Source of the DNA: Verrucomicrobiales bacterium
Lineage (GTDB): Bacteria; Verrucomicrobiota; Verrucomicrobiia; Verrucomicrobiales; V1-33
Direction: 5' to 3'
Assembly (NCBI GenBank): GCA_043757865.1
Contig: JAYVOP010000235.1
Location: 1-57,342, forward strand
DNA: 57,342 nt
The position numbers were made by a program, and so were the translations under genes. Below are positions 28,122 to 38,100 of this stretch, piece by piece; positions within the stretch are counted from its first letter, which is position 1, and every line of letters starts with the position of its first letter. The notes under the pieces are model-generated. The model was not told the DNA's origin. It did not search any database and saw only the letters and a program-made list of their open reading frames with translations.

Positions 28122-29324
28122 TCAAGAAATCGGGGTGGGTGAACAGAATTGGGAGACCCAAACGGGCAGAGAAATGGCTGCAATAAGAGCCGCAAAAATC
28201 CCCGCTGTGGGAGCGAATCCGAGGGCGGTCGTCAGCAGGCCAGCCAGCGGATAGGTCAGCCCCCAGCCCGCATGACTCAGGGCAAAATGAGCCGCGTAAA
28301 CATGAGATCGCTCCGCGCCATCGCTATTGGCTGCGAGCAGCTCGCTGCCCCGGATGCCTAGAATACTGTAACTCATGCCGATGAACCACCACGCGATGCA
28401 GAGCGTGATGAACTGAGGCATTACCGCCACGGAGATCAAGGCTGCCAGCATGACAGGAGCACAAGCGGTGACGGAAACATTCCTCCAGCATGGTGGAAAT
28501 TTGCCGTAGAGTAATGCCGCACAGACAGAGCCAATTCCAAACGCTGCCATTACCCAAGCGTAGTCGGAATCGCTCCGGTGGAGGTCGTTTTTGACGAAAT
28601 CCACCGTGGCCACTATCACGAATGCCCCGCCAATGCTCGTCTGAAATGCGAGGAAAAGAGACTCCCGCAATGGTGCCCGCTGGAACATAGCGGCCAGACC
28701 GTGCCGCACCGACGTAGGGGCTTTCTTCTCCGCCGTGGTGACTTCAATCGCCAGACGCGGCAGCCCAAAAAGCAAGGCGGCACTGGCCAAGAAGGTGAAG
28801 GCATCCACCACGAAATTTCCTCGAAACCCCACCATCGCGATGACCAATGCCGCCAACGATGGCCCGAGGATGTTAGCGGCATCGTAGGCCACGGAGCCGA
28901 CCGCCAAGGCTTTGGGATATTGCTCTGCGCTGACCACGCCGGGGATCACGGCACGATAAATGGGCGTGAAGATGGCGGAGCCAAAATTTAACAACACCGC
29001 CAGCCCATAAATCTGCCAAACGGAATCCGCAAAAAAGAACCCGATCACCACCGCTGCGCGCATCAGGTCCGCAGCCACCATCAACCGGCGTGCCCCGTAG
29101 TGATCCGCTAATTTCCCTGCCCACGGAGAGCAGAAGACAATGACCACAATGCGAATGGCCAACGTAATGCCCAACACTGTGGACGCCGAAGCGCCTACCA
29201 ACTGATGCGCCAACAACCCCAACGCCAGCGAGGAAAGACCACTGCCCACTAGGCTCAACGCATGAGCCCAGAAAAGCTGCTGAAACGCCCGATGACGCCA
29301 GAGTGAGTGAGATGGAGTATTCAT
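28122..29324 (-). CDS. nreB: MFS transporter, NreB-like (nickel/cobalt resistance type)
   Basis: About 12 TM segments. ..F..LF.A....LVG.GL...ALGLLA..L.G..A..VLG..LAI, AIFTP...A.IP, AYD....GP.LAA and R...YAA.FALSHA.W..TYPLAG match NreB-type sequences; located in a metal efflux operon. Confidence 0.75.
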   Translation of the reverse strand: MNTPSHSLWRHRAFQQLFWAHALSLVGSGLSSLALGLLAHQLVGASASTVLGITLAIRIVVIVFCSPWAGKLADHYGARRLMVAADLMRAAVVIGFFFADSVWQIYGLAVLLNFGSAIFTPIYRAVIPGVVSAEQYPKALAVGSVAYDAANILGPSLAALVIAMVGFRGNFVVDAFTFLASAALLFGLPRLAIEVTTAEKKAPTSVRHGLAAMFQRAPLRESLFLAFQTSIGGAFVIVATVDFVKNDLHRSDSDYAWVMAAFGIGSVCAALLYGKFPPCWRNVSVTACAPVMLAALISVAVMPQFITLCIAWWFIGMSYSILGIRGSELLAANSDGAERSHVYAAHFALSHAGWGLTYPLAGLLTTALGFAPTAGIFAALIAAISLPVWVSQFCSPTPIS

Positions 29325-32300
29325 GGTGCGGCTGTGGTTAGGGGTGTGGCAGTGCGTTCTTTTTCAAACCAATCATACAACAACGGCAACAGCACTAACG
29401 TGAGGAAGGTGGAACTGAGGATACCGCCGATGACTACGGTGGCCAGCGGGCGTTGCACTTCAGCTCCGGCTCCAGTGGCGATGGCCATGGGGACGAAGCC
29501 GAGGCTCGCAACGAGTGCTGTCATAAGCACGGGGCGCAGGCGGGTGAGGGAGCCTTCTAGCACGGCCTCGCGCTTGCTGCGGCCTTCTTCGCGCAGTTGA
29601 TTGAAGTAGGAAATCATCATCAGGCCATTGAGCACAGCCACACCACTCAACGCAATAAATCCCACCGCCGCTGTAATGCTGAAAGGCATGTCCCGCAGCC
29701 ACAGCGCGCCCACTCCTCCAGTAACGGCTAGAGGGATGCCGCTGTAAATGATAGCCGCCTGCCGCAAGCTACTGAAGGCGATGAAGATAAGGATGAAGAT
29801 GAGCACTAGGGCCGTGGGCACCACGATGGCAAGCCGTTGACGCGCCTGTTGCAGGTTTTCAAACTGGCCTCCGAATTGCACGATGTAGCCTTCCGGCAAT
29901 TTCACTTCGGCTTTGATGCGGGCCTCAGCTTCGTTGACGTAGCCTTCCACATCGCGTCCGCCCAGGTTCACCATCAGCGCAGCGCGGCGTTGGCCGTCGT
30001 CGCGTTGGATGGGTTCCACCACTTTGATGGTTTTGAAATCTACCACTTTGCCAAATGGCACCATGCCATGTTCGCCCACACGCAGGGGCAGTTGCTTGAT
30101 TTGCTCATCGTCGGCTCGCAGGGATTCGGGCATTTTGACGAGGATGTCGCGACGGCGGTTGCCATCGTAGGCGGCACCCACCACTTCACCGGCTAGGGCG
30201 GCGGTTACGGCTCCATTTACTTCAGCGCCTTGCAGGTTGTAGCGTTGCAGGGCATCGCGCTTGGCCGTGATTTCTAGCTGTGGAGTGCGACCATCGGTCT
30301 CAAATTCGACTTGAGCCGCACCGGGCGTGGATTCTAAAATACCTTTGACTTGCTCGCCCAGTTTTTCCAATTCGTCGTAGTCGTTACCATAAATTTTCAC
30401 AGCAATCTCGGCCTTGGTGCCCTCCAGCATTTCGTTGAATCGCATCTCGATGGGTTGCGCAAAAAGAATGTCGTATTCCGGATTCAGTTTCTTGAGTTCC
30501 GCTTCGATCTGTTCGCGCAGTTCCGCTTTATTGGCCGGGCGTCCGGCGGTTTTGGGCCATTCGTCCATGGGCTTGTAAAAGATGTAAACATCGCTCTCGT
30601 TGGGCGGCATGGGATCGGAGGCGATGGCGCTGGTGCCAATCCGTGAGAAGATGCGGGTAATCTCGGGAAATGCTTTCAATAACATGTTTTCCACTTCAAT
30701 GTCCGTCTTCAATGACTCCTCCATGCTCATGCCCACGGGCTTGTAGAGCATGGAGGTGATGGAGCCCTCATCCAACTTGGGCACAAAGTTAGCGCCCAAG
30801 TGATTGAATAACATCACCGACCCCGCAAACAGCGCGACGGCTCCGGCAGCCACGAGCCAGCGCAGCCTGAGGGCGAGGTGCAGCACTGGTTCATAGACGC
30901 TCTTGGCGGCACGGATGGCGAAATTATCTTTCTCCGAAATCTTCCCGCGCAAGAGGAACGAACAGAGCACGGGCATGAGGGTGAGCGAAAGCAGCAATGC
31001 CCCGGTGAGCGCTAGCATAACGGTGATGGCCATGGGGTGAAACATTTTACCCTCAATGCCAGTGAGAGCGAGGATGGGAATGTAAACAATGGTGATGATG
31101 AGCACGCCAAAGAACATAGGACTGCCCACCTGTTTGCTAGCGGCTAGCACGGTGTGGTTCCGTTCCTCGAATGTGAGCGTGCGCCCGAGTTGGTGTTGTT
31201 TATGAGCCAACTGGCGGACGATATTTTCCACCATGACCACCGCACCATCGATAATGAGTCCGAAGTCCACCGCCCCCAGTGACATCAGGTTTCCCGACAC
31301 TCCACCTTTGAGCATTCCGGTGAGGGCGAACAGAAACGAGAGTGGAATGGCACATGCGACAATGAGGGCCGCGCGGACATTTCCTAGCAAGAGCATAAGC
31401 ACAGCGACGACGAGCACCGCACCTTCAAAGAGGTTTTTTTTCACAGTGCCAGTGGTGCGATCGATCAAAAGCGAACGGTCATACTGGCCTTGGATTTCCA
31501 CGCCTTCTGGGAGCTTGGTTTGAATCTCCGCGATACGCTTTTTGACCCGCCCTGCCACCTCGCGGCTGTTCTCGCCAGCGAGCATGAGAGTGGTGCCGAT
31601 AATGGTTTCTTGGCCATTGAGCGTGGCCGCTCCGGTGCGGAATTTGGTGCCGATCTTTACCTCCGCCACATCCTTTACTAGCAACGGCTGCACGGCGGAG
31701 CCGAACTTGATAGGGAGATTTGCTAACTCCTCCACGGTGGTGACACGGGTGATGGCGCGGATGGTGAGTTGCTCCCCCTCACGGCTGACGATGCCCCCGC
31801 CTGCGTTCTCCACGTTCTTGGCTATGAGTGCAGACAGCTCGCTAAAGGTCAGCCCCGCGTTGGTCAGAGCCTCTGGCTTGGGCTCGATGATGAACTGTTT
31901 CACATAGCCGCCCGTGCCGTTGATCTCAGCAATCCCAGGCACGGTGCGCAAAAGTGGCTTAATGACGTATTCCTGAATTTCGCTGAGTTCGATGAGTTGA
32001 TCCAGCTCCTGCGCAGGCTTGTGCTGGGCATCGGCACGGTAGCTAACGGAATAGTAAAAAATTTCACCCAAGCCAGTGCTGATGGGAGCTAGCTTTGGCG
32101 AGGTGCCGGGAGGAAGCTGATCCAGCACGCCTTGCAGGCGCTCTGCCACCAGTTGTCGGCAGCGATAGATGTCCGCGTCATCATCAAAATCTAGCGTGAC
32201 CTGCGAGAGGCCAAACTTTGTCAGCGATCTCATTTCCCGCACGCCCGGCAGGCCCGCTAGTTCCATTTCAATGGGGCGGGTGACGAGTTTTTCGGATTCT

Positions 32301-32476
32301 TCCCCAGCCAGCGCGGCCACCTCGGTATTGATCTGCACCTGCACGCCAGTAATGTCCGGCACGGCATCGATGGGCAGATGCACCGCCGACCACAGGCCCG
32401 CTCCTAGCAGCCCTACCGCCATCAGCAGCACTAGCGCACGCTGGCGGAGTGAAAATTCAAGGATCTGGTTAATCAT
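29321..32476 (-). CDS. czcA: CusA/CzcA family heavy-metal efflux RND transporter (CzcA-like)
   Basis: LPIDAVPDIT.VQVQINT, RS.TKFGLSQVT, LAPISTGLGEI, NLMSLGAVDFGLIIDGAVVMVEN, RLRPVLMTALVASLGFVPMA..TG.GAEVQRPLATVVIGG motifs; 1051 aa. Confidence 0.93.
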   Translation of the reverse strand: MINQILEFSLRQRALVLLMAVGLLGAGLWSAVHLPIDAVPDITGVQVQINTEVAALAGEESEKLVTRPIEMELAGLPGVREMRSLTKFGLSQVTLDFDDDADIYRCRQLVAERLQGVLDQLPPGTSPKLAPISTGLGEIFYYSVSYRADAQHKPAQELDQLIELSEIQEYVIKPLLRTVPGIAEINGTGGYVKQFIIEPKPEALTNAGLTFSELSALIAKNVENAGGGIVSREGEQLTIRAITRVTTVEELANLPIKFGSAVQPLLVKDVAEVKIGTKFRTGAATLNGQETIIGTTLMLAGENSREVAGRVKKRIAEIQTKLPEGVEIQGQYDRSLLIDRTTGTVKKNLFEGAVLVVAVLMLLLGNVRAALIVACAIPLSFLFALTGMLKGGVSGNLMSLGAVDFGLIIDGAVVMVENIVRQLAHKQHQLGRTLTFEERNHTVLAASKQVGSPMFFGVLIITIVYIPILALTGIEGKMFHPMAITVMLALTGALLLSLTLMPVLCSFLLRGKISEKDNFAIRAAKSVYEPVLHLALRLRWLVAAGAVALFAGSVMLFNHLGANFVPKLDEGSITSMLYKPVGMSMEESLKTDIEVENMLLKAFPEITRIFSRIGTSAIASDPMPPNESDVYIFYKPMDEWPKTAGRPANKAELREQIEAELKKLNPEYDILFAQPIEMRFNEMLEGTKAEIAVKIYGNDYDELEKLGEQVKGILESTPGAAQVEFETDGRTPQLEITAKRDALQRYNLQGAEVNGAVTAALAGEVVGAAYDGNRRRDILVKMPESLRADDEQIKQLPLRVGEHGMVPFGKVVDFKTIKVVEPIQRDDGQRRAALMVNLGGRDVEGYVNEAEARIKAEVKLPEGYIVQFGGQFENLQQARQRLAIVVPTALVLIFILIFIAFSSLRQAAIIYSGIPLAVTGGVGALWLRDMPFSITAAVGFIALSGVAVLNGLMMISYFNQLREEGRSKREAVLEGSLTRLRPVLMTALVASLGFVPMAIATGAGAEVQRPLATVVIGGILSSTFLTLVLLPLLYDWFEKERTATPLTTAAP

Positions 32477-33717
32477 TTCGCGAAGGCCTTTCCGGTTAGC
32501 AATTCTAGTTGTTGGCGATGTTCAAACGCATCCGCTTGAGCCCCGAACATGGCGTCCAGCGCATCCAGGTAGGACCGCTGCATCTCCATATAGATGGCCA
32601 CTGGCACCGCACCTAGCCGATAGTGGCGATCTGCCAATTCTGCGGCCTCACGGAATCGGGCCACGGTGTCCGGCTGCCAGGCGGAGATTTCCTCTAGCAG
32701 CTTACGGTAGGCAGCGGCACGGGTGGCTACTTCGCGCTCCAACTCACGTTTGGTCATGCCCAGGGCGGCCTCCGCCTGCATCTGGCGGGCTTTGGCGGCA
32801 TCTATGTTGCCCTCATTTTTATGCCACAGCGGCAACGGAATGGACAAGCTGAGGCCGATCTCCGTCTGCTTATCACTGGCCTTTTCCCCCGCTACATACG
32901 GAGCCACGGTCACGCTGGGCATCCGTTCGTTTTCCGTCAGGCGCACCGCAAACCCTTGTTGGTTCAGCTCCACCACACGCCGCCGCACTGCGAAATTTTG
33001 TTTCCACGCAGAGGTTAGAAGCACGCCGTCGTTGGGCGCGGGCGGCAGGGCCACCTTGGGCGTTGCGATCTCCACAGCGCTGTCCAATGGCTGGCCGGTG
33101 AGTTGATTCAACTCCACCCGCGCCTTCTGCAACTCCTGCGCGGCTTGGCTGGCGCGACGCGTGAGAGACAACACGTTGGCCTCCAAAATGCGGGCCTCTA
33201 ACTGCGGCGTTGGCCCGGTGTCATCGCGTTGCACCAGCACGGAGAGCACTTCTTGGAACCGCTTGGCTGCGGCCTTGGCAGCAGTTTCTTTTTCTTGCGA
33301 GGCAGCAACCAGAAACGCCAGTGACCGCACCTTGGCCGAGAGCGCTGTTTTGAATTCATCCAGCCCCAGTTCTGCCAGATCAATCTGGCGATCCGCCACC
33401 GCCTTGCGCAACGCCAACCGCCCCGGCCACTCGAATATCTGCGAAACCGAAACGGACCACGCGGCCCCATTGCCCAGCCCCGCGCCATTCAAGTCCCGCA
33501 CCCGCTTGCCGCCGCCCTGCACGGCCACATCGGGATTGGCGATTTGCCCAGCGGTCTTGCGACCGCCTCTGGCAGCAGCGATCTCAGCCTCGAAGTAGGC
33601 GATCTCAGGATTTTTGGCGACCGCCTGAGCGGCCAGAGCATCGAGCGATAACGGCTCGGCACTCAACGATGCCATGGAAATAATTAGCGAAAAGGTAGTA
33701 AGAAATTGGAAATTCAT
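32473..33717 (-). CDS. TolC-family outer membrane factor (CzcC-like)
   Basis: A...NPEI, ANP.V, EWPGRLALR, LSIPLPLWHKNEGNI..A.A and Y.LG......Y...QR motifs. Probable start is ATG 33717 (MNFQFLTT signal peptide), not 33894. Confidence 0.9.
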   Translation of the reverse strand: MNFQFLTTFSLIISMASLSAEPLSLDALAAQAVAKNPEIAYFEAEIAAARGGRKTAGQIANPDVAVQGGGKRVRDLNGAGLGNGAAWSVSVSQIFEWPGRLALRKAVADRQIDLAELGLDEFKTALSAKVRSLAFLVAASQEKETAAKAAAKRFQEVLSVLVQRDDTGPTPQLEARILEANVLSLTRRASQAAQELQKARVELNQLTGQPLDSAVEIATPKVALPPAPNDGVLLTSAWKQNFAVRRRVVELNQQGFAVRLTENERMPSVTVAPYVAGEKASDKQTEIGLSLSIPLPLWHKNEGNIDAAKARQMQAEAALGMTKRELEREVATRAAAYRKLLEEISAWQPDTVARFREAAELADRHYRLGAVPVAIYMEMQRSYLDALDAMFGAQADAFEHRQQLELLTGKAFAK

Positions 33718-33839
33718 AAAGATAGGATGGATAGGAAATAGTGGGTGCCCCGCGACAGGCTGGAGCAATCCCAAGAAAACAATGCCCCACGCTGCGAGCA
33801 ACGCAGCGCACCTGGACACGAAACCGAACGGTCTCCCTT

Positions 33840-34346
33840 CTATACCATCATCACCGTGGCCCGCAGGATGCGGTGCCAAGCCAACGGATCCCAAGGCGGC
33901 GGACGGCCCGCCACGCCACGGTCAATGCCCTCACCCATGCAAGTGAGCGGCATTTCATTGCTATGAATATACGAAACCTCTACGCACGCGGCCACAGTGA
34001 AGACCACTGCCGTCGGCTCCCAAGAAGATAATTTTGAACTGCCCAACGCCAAAACATGATCAGGGTGAGCATGCACAGTGGAGAGACTGGCAATGATCGT
34101 GGAATCCTCCTCGTCATCATCCTCTGCGTCGTGATCAGAGTCTTCGTGAAAATGATCCTTCACTGAATGGCTCAGCGTCACCACCAAAAAATCCCCATTT
34201 GCCACCACACGCATCGCGTGGTGATGCCCATCATGATCCCACATTCCTGCCCCGCCCTGCATCAACCACTGGACACCCAGCAGTTGCGAACAAATCGCCA
34301 TGAAGACGACGAGGCAGGTTAGCAATTTTTTGATAGGAGAAAACAT
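33840..34346 (-). CDS. His/acidic-rich membrane-targeted leader protein upstream of efflux operon 1
   Basis: N-terminal TM, HDGHHH, HFHEDSDHDAEDDDEED and HAHPDH, ending GRPPPW...LRATVMMV. Confidence 0.7.
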   Translation of the reverse strand: MFSPIKKLLTCLVVFMAICSQLLGVQWLMQGGAGMWDHDGHHHAMRVVANGDFLVVTLSHSVKDHFHEDSDHDAEDDDEEDSTIIASLSTVHAHPDHVLALGSSKLSSWEPTAVVFTVAACVEVSYIHSNEMPLTCMGEGIDRGVAGRPPPWDPLAWHRILRATVMMV

Positions 34347-34523
34347 AGGGGAGAAAACTAGGTGGAATCAGGTGATGAGCCTGCCCTGGACACATATCAA
34401 GCAGGACGGCCTCCGTATTTGCAAATTATAAATTTTTTTGCCCACAATTAGTCGGGCGCGCCACCCGCAGTGCCACCCTCGCTGACGGCAGCGCGGGGGC
34501 AGGAGGAGCGCTATACTCAAAGA

Positions 34524-35078
34524 TTACTTCTGCTTGGCATCCTTAGCATTCTTGCTGTGATCGTGGCCATCCCCTTCTTTGTGCTCTTCTTCATCTCCGT
34601 GGGCACAGGTGCAGTTGTATTCTTGCAGGCTGCAAGTCGGGCATTTGCTGAGGTTGAGGTTGAACTTTTCATTCACAGCCTTGGCCTTGGCGTCGGTTTT
34701 GATCTGAACCACGATGGGATAGTCGTTGCCCTCGGGGATGACTTTATCGGACATCAATTTGTCGCCCTCCTTGGTGAAAGTAAGTTTGGTAGGGTTGCTA
34801 CGGTCGCCTAGAGTCACGCTGATGACTTGGGCGGCTGGTGCCACTACTTTGTTGTCGTCGTCCACAAATCGGATTTCGATTTTCTTGTCTTTGGTGACGA
34901 GAAATTCGACGTGCGGCTCGACGGCGGTGATGAGACGGCCACCAGTGGGTCCGGCTTTCTTAGCAGCATGTTCGTGATCGTGCTTTTCTTCTTTGGCCGG
35001 GGCTTTTTTATTTTGGGCGTAGCTGGGGGTGAGGCTCAGTGCGAAGCCGAGCAGGGTGAGGGCGAATATGGTTTTCAT
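34524..35078 (-). CDS. secreted His-rich putative metal-binding protein
   Basis: Signal peptide, HDHEH followed by GPTGGRL...PHVE, C-terminal CPTC...CTCAH...HKEGDGHDH; last gene of efflux operon 2. Confidence 0.78.
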   Translation of the reverse strand: MKTIFALTLLGFALSLTPSYAQNKKAPAKEEKHDHEHAAKKAGPTGGRLITAVEPHVEFLVTKDKKIEIRFVDDDNKVVAPAAQVISVTLGDRSNPTKLTFTKEGDKLMSDKVIPEGNDYPIVVQIKTDAKAKAVNEKFNLNLSKCPTCSLQEYNCTCAHGDEEEHKEGDGHDHSKNAKDAKQK

Positions 35079-35183
35079 GATGATTTATGGATGGGTTTTG
35101 TTGTTTTAGTTTTAGTTTGGGTTTTGTTTGGTTAGCCCCAGGGCGAGAGAATTGACGCTCCTGCCCTGCGGAAATTCGGTAAA

Positions 35184-38100
35184 TTAATGTGAGGCAGCGG
35201 ATTGGAGTTCGATGGATTTCGCAGCGGCTTTTCTGCCGAAGGTGAAGAAGACCGTGGGCGTAACGCCTAGGCCGAGGAGCGTGCTAGTGATGAGGCCACC
35301 GACGATGACAACAGCCACGGGGTGCAGAATTTCCTTGCCCGGCTGGTCTGCTGCTAGCACCAGCGGGATCAGGCCGATGCCTGCGCTGAGGGCGGTCATG
35401 AGGACGGGCACGAGCCGTTCTTTGGTGCCGCGGATGACCATGGCTTTAGTGAATTGCTCTCCTTCGTGCTGCATGAGATGCAGGTAGTGAGAAATGAGCA
35501 TGATACTGTTCCGCGCAGCCACGCCAGCCACGGCAATGAATCCGACGAGCGTGGCAATGCTGATATTGCTGAGCTTCCAGTAGGTCAGGGCTAGGCCACC
35601 CACGAGCGCCAGGGGAATATCGCAGAGCACTTGCATGGCAAAAAACGGGGTGCGGAAATAGCCATAGAGCAGGAAAGCGATGATGATGAAGACCACTGCG
35701 CTGAGGAGGGCGATGCGCTCTGAAGCCTCCTTCTGGGCTTGGAATTCACCTTCGTAACTGATGAAGTAGCCTTCTGGCAATTTCACTTTCTCAGCGACCT
35801 TGGCTTGCAGAATTTTCACGCTTTCCCCCACGTCCCGGTTGGTGGGTTTGATGGCCACGGCAAACCGTCGTTGACTGTTTTCTCGGTTGATCACGTTGGG
35901 GCCTTTGGCCTCGCGCACGTCCGCCACTTGCCCGACGAAGACGCGCTGGCCTGCGCCATTTTCGATGGGTAAGGAGGCAATTTTTTCTGGTGAATCCCGC
36001 CATTCCACTGGCAATCGCAGCACCAGATTGACCGTCTTTTGTCCATCTCTGAGTTCGGCCACTTCCTTCCCGCCGATCAAAGCGGAAAGCTGTTCATTCA
36101 AATGCCCAGGCGCGATGCCGTAGGCTTTGGCGCGGGCGCGATCCGCCTCGATGCGGAGCTGTGGGATAGACGACTGCTGATCCAGCTTGGCGTCCTCGAA
36201 GCCCGGAACAGTCTTGGCTACGGCCTGTACTTCCGTGCCGATCTGGCGGAGCTTATCCAAATCCGGTCCGAAAATTTTTACAGCCACTGGCGCGGAAACA
36301 CCGCTGAGCATGTGACCGATGCGATCTGCTAGCGGGCCAGTTAGCACACTGAACGTGCCCGGCACGGTTTTGATCTTGGCCCGGATCTCATCCAGAATTT
36401 CTTTACGCCCCCGCTGCTTGCTGCGCTGCGCGCCATCCTCCCCACGGAAATCCACATCAAACTCCGCCGTGGATACCGGCACCACATGGTCCCCACGCTC
36501 TGCCCTTCCTAACCTGCGGCCTACTTGCTTCACTTCCGGGATGGAGAGAATGAGTTGCTCCACCACATCACAGATTTTGTTCATTTCCTCCAGCGATGTG
36601 CCGGGCGCTGAGGTGGTGGAAATGAGGGCAGTTTCTTCTTTAAATGCTGGGAGGAAATCTTTTCCCATCTTCGGATACAGGCTGAATGCAGCGATCACCA
36701 ACCCCACTACGGCGGTCAGCAAAATCAGAGGTTGATCCAAGCCAAAACGCAGCATGACATGCTCCAAAACCCATTTCATCCCACGCGTGATGAAGCCATC
36801 TTTATGCTCCTTACCATGCTTAGGATTCAGCAAAAACGAGCACAACACAGGTATGGCCGCCAAGGAAACCAAGAACGATGCGATCATGGAAATGATGGTC
36901 GCTAGGGCAATGGGGGCGAAAAGTTTGCCCTCCACGCCACTCAATCCTAACAGCGGCAGAAACACCAAAATAATCAGCAGCGTGGCGTAGAGAATGGAAT
37001 TTCTCACCTCACCCGACGCTTGGGCGATGACTTGTAATTTAGGGTGCGGAGTGGCTAGGGCAGCGTTTTCCAGCAATCTGCGATAGACATTTTCTACATC
37101 CACGATAGCGTCGTCCACTACCATGCCGATGGCCACGGCCAGCCCTCCCAGGGTCATCGAATTAACCGAAATACCCAAGTATTTAAACGTCAGCAAGGTC
37201 ATGGCAAAACTCAACGGCATGGCCATGAGAGTGATGAACGTGGTGCGAAAATTCAGCAGAAATAGAAAGATGACGATGGTCACCATGATGGCACCGTCAC
37301 GGATGGCTTCTTTTAAATTATTGATGGCATGGTCGATAAAATCTTTCTGCTGAAAGAGCAGCACGGTCTCAACGCCTGGCGGCAGGGTCGCTTTTAATCC
37401 GTCCAAGGCCGCTTTGATTTGTTCCGTGAGCTTGGTGGTATCGAATCCCGGAGCCTTGGTGATGGACATGATCACTCCGGGCGTACCATTGATGCTAGCA
37501 TCTCCCCGCATGGGCTCTATGCCCCACTCAACTTTAGCGACATCGCTGATGGCAATGGGGCGGTCATTCACTTTTTTGATCACCACCTCGGCTATGTCAT
37601 CTAGCTGCACGGTCATGGCCAGATTCCGCACCATGATTTCCGTGGAACCCGTGTTGATGAAGCCGCCCGTGGTGGTGCTAGCGGCTTCTTGAGCGGCTTT
37701 TTCGAGTTGCTCATAGGACACGCCGTTGGCCTGCATCCGGTAGGGATCGGCTTGGATTTCGATCTGCTTCACGCCGCCGCCCATGTTGAGAATTTCGGCT
37801 ATTCCGGAAATGCTTTGGAGCCGCCGCCGCACCGTCCAATCCGCGAGCGAGCGAATCTCGCGTGGGGGCATTTTGCCATCCGTGCTGCGAATGCCAACGA
37901 GCAGTATTTCCCCCATCAGGGAGGCCACTGGCGTCATAAATGGAGCCACGCCTTTTGGCAATTGCTCTCGGACTTCTTGCATTCGTTCCTGCACCAAGGT
38001 GCGAGCTTTGTAAATGTCCGTGCCCCACGCAAATTCTGCAAACACTAACGACAAGGCGACATCTGAATTCGAGCGAATCCGCGTGAGTCCACCCACCCCC

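Noticed and set aside
33718-33894. N-terminal extension of the TolC ORF to 33894
   Set aside because: It overlaps the leader gene; a clean signal peptide begins at Met 33717.
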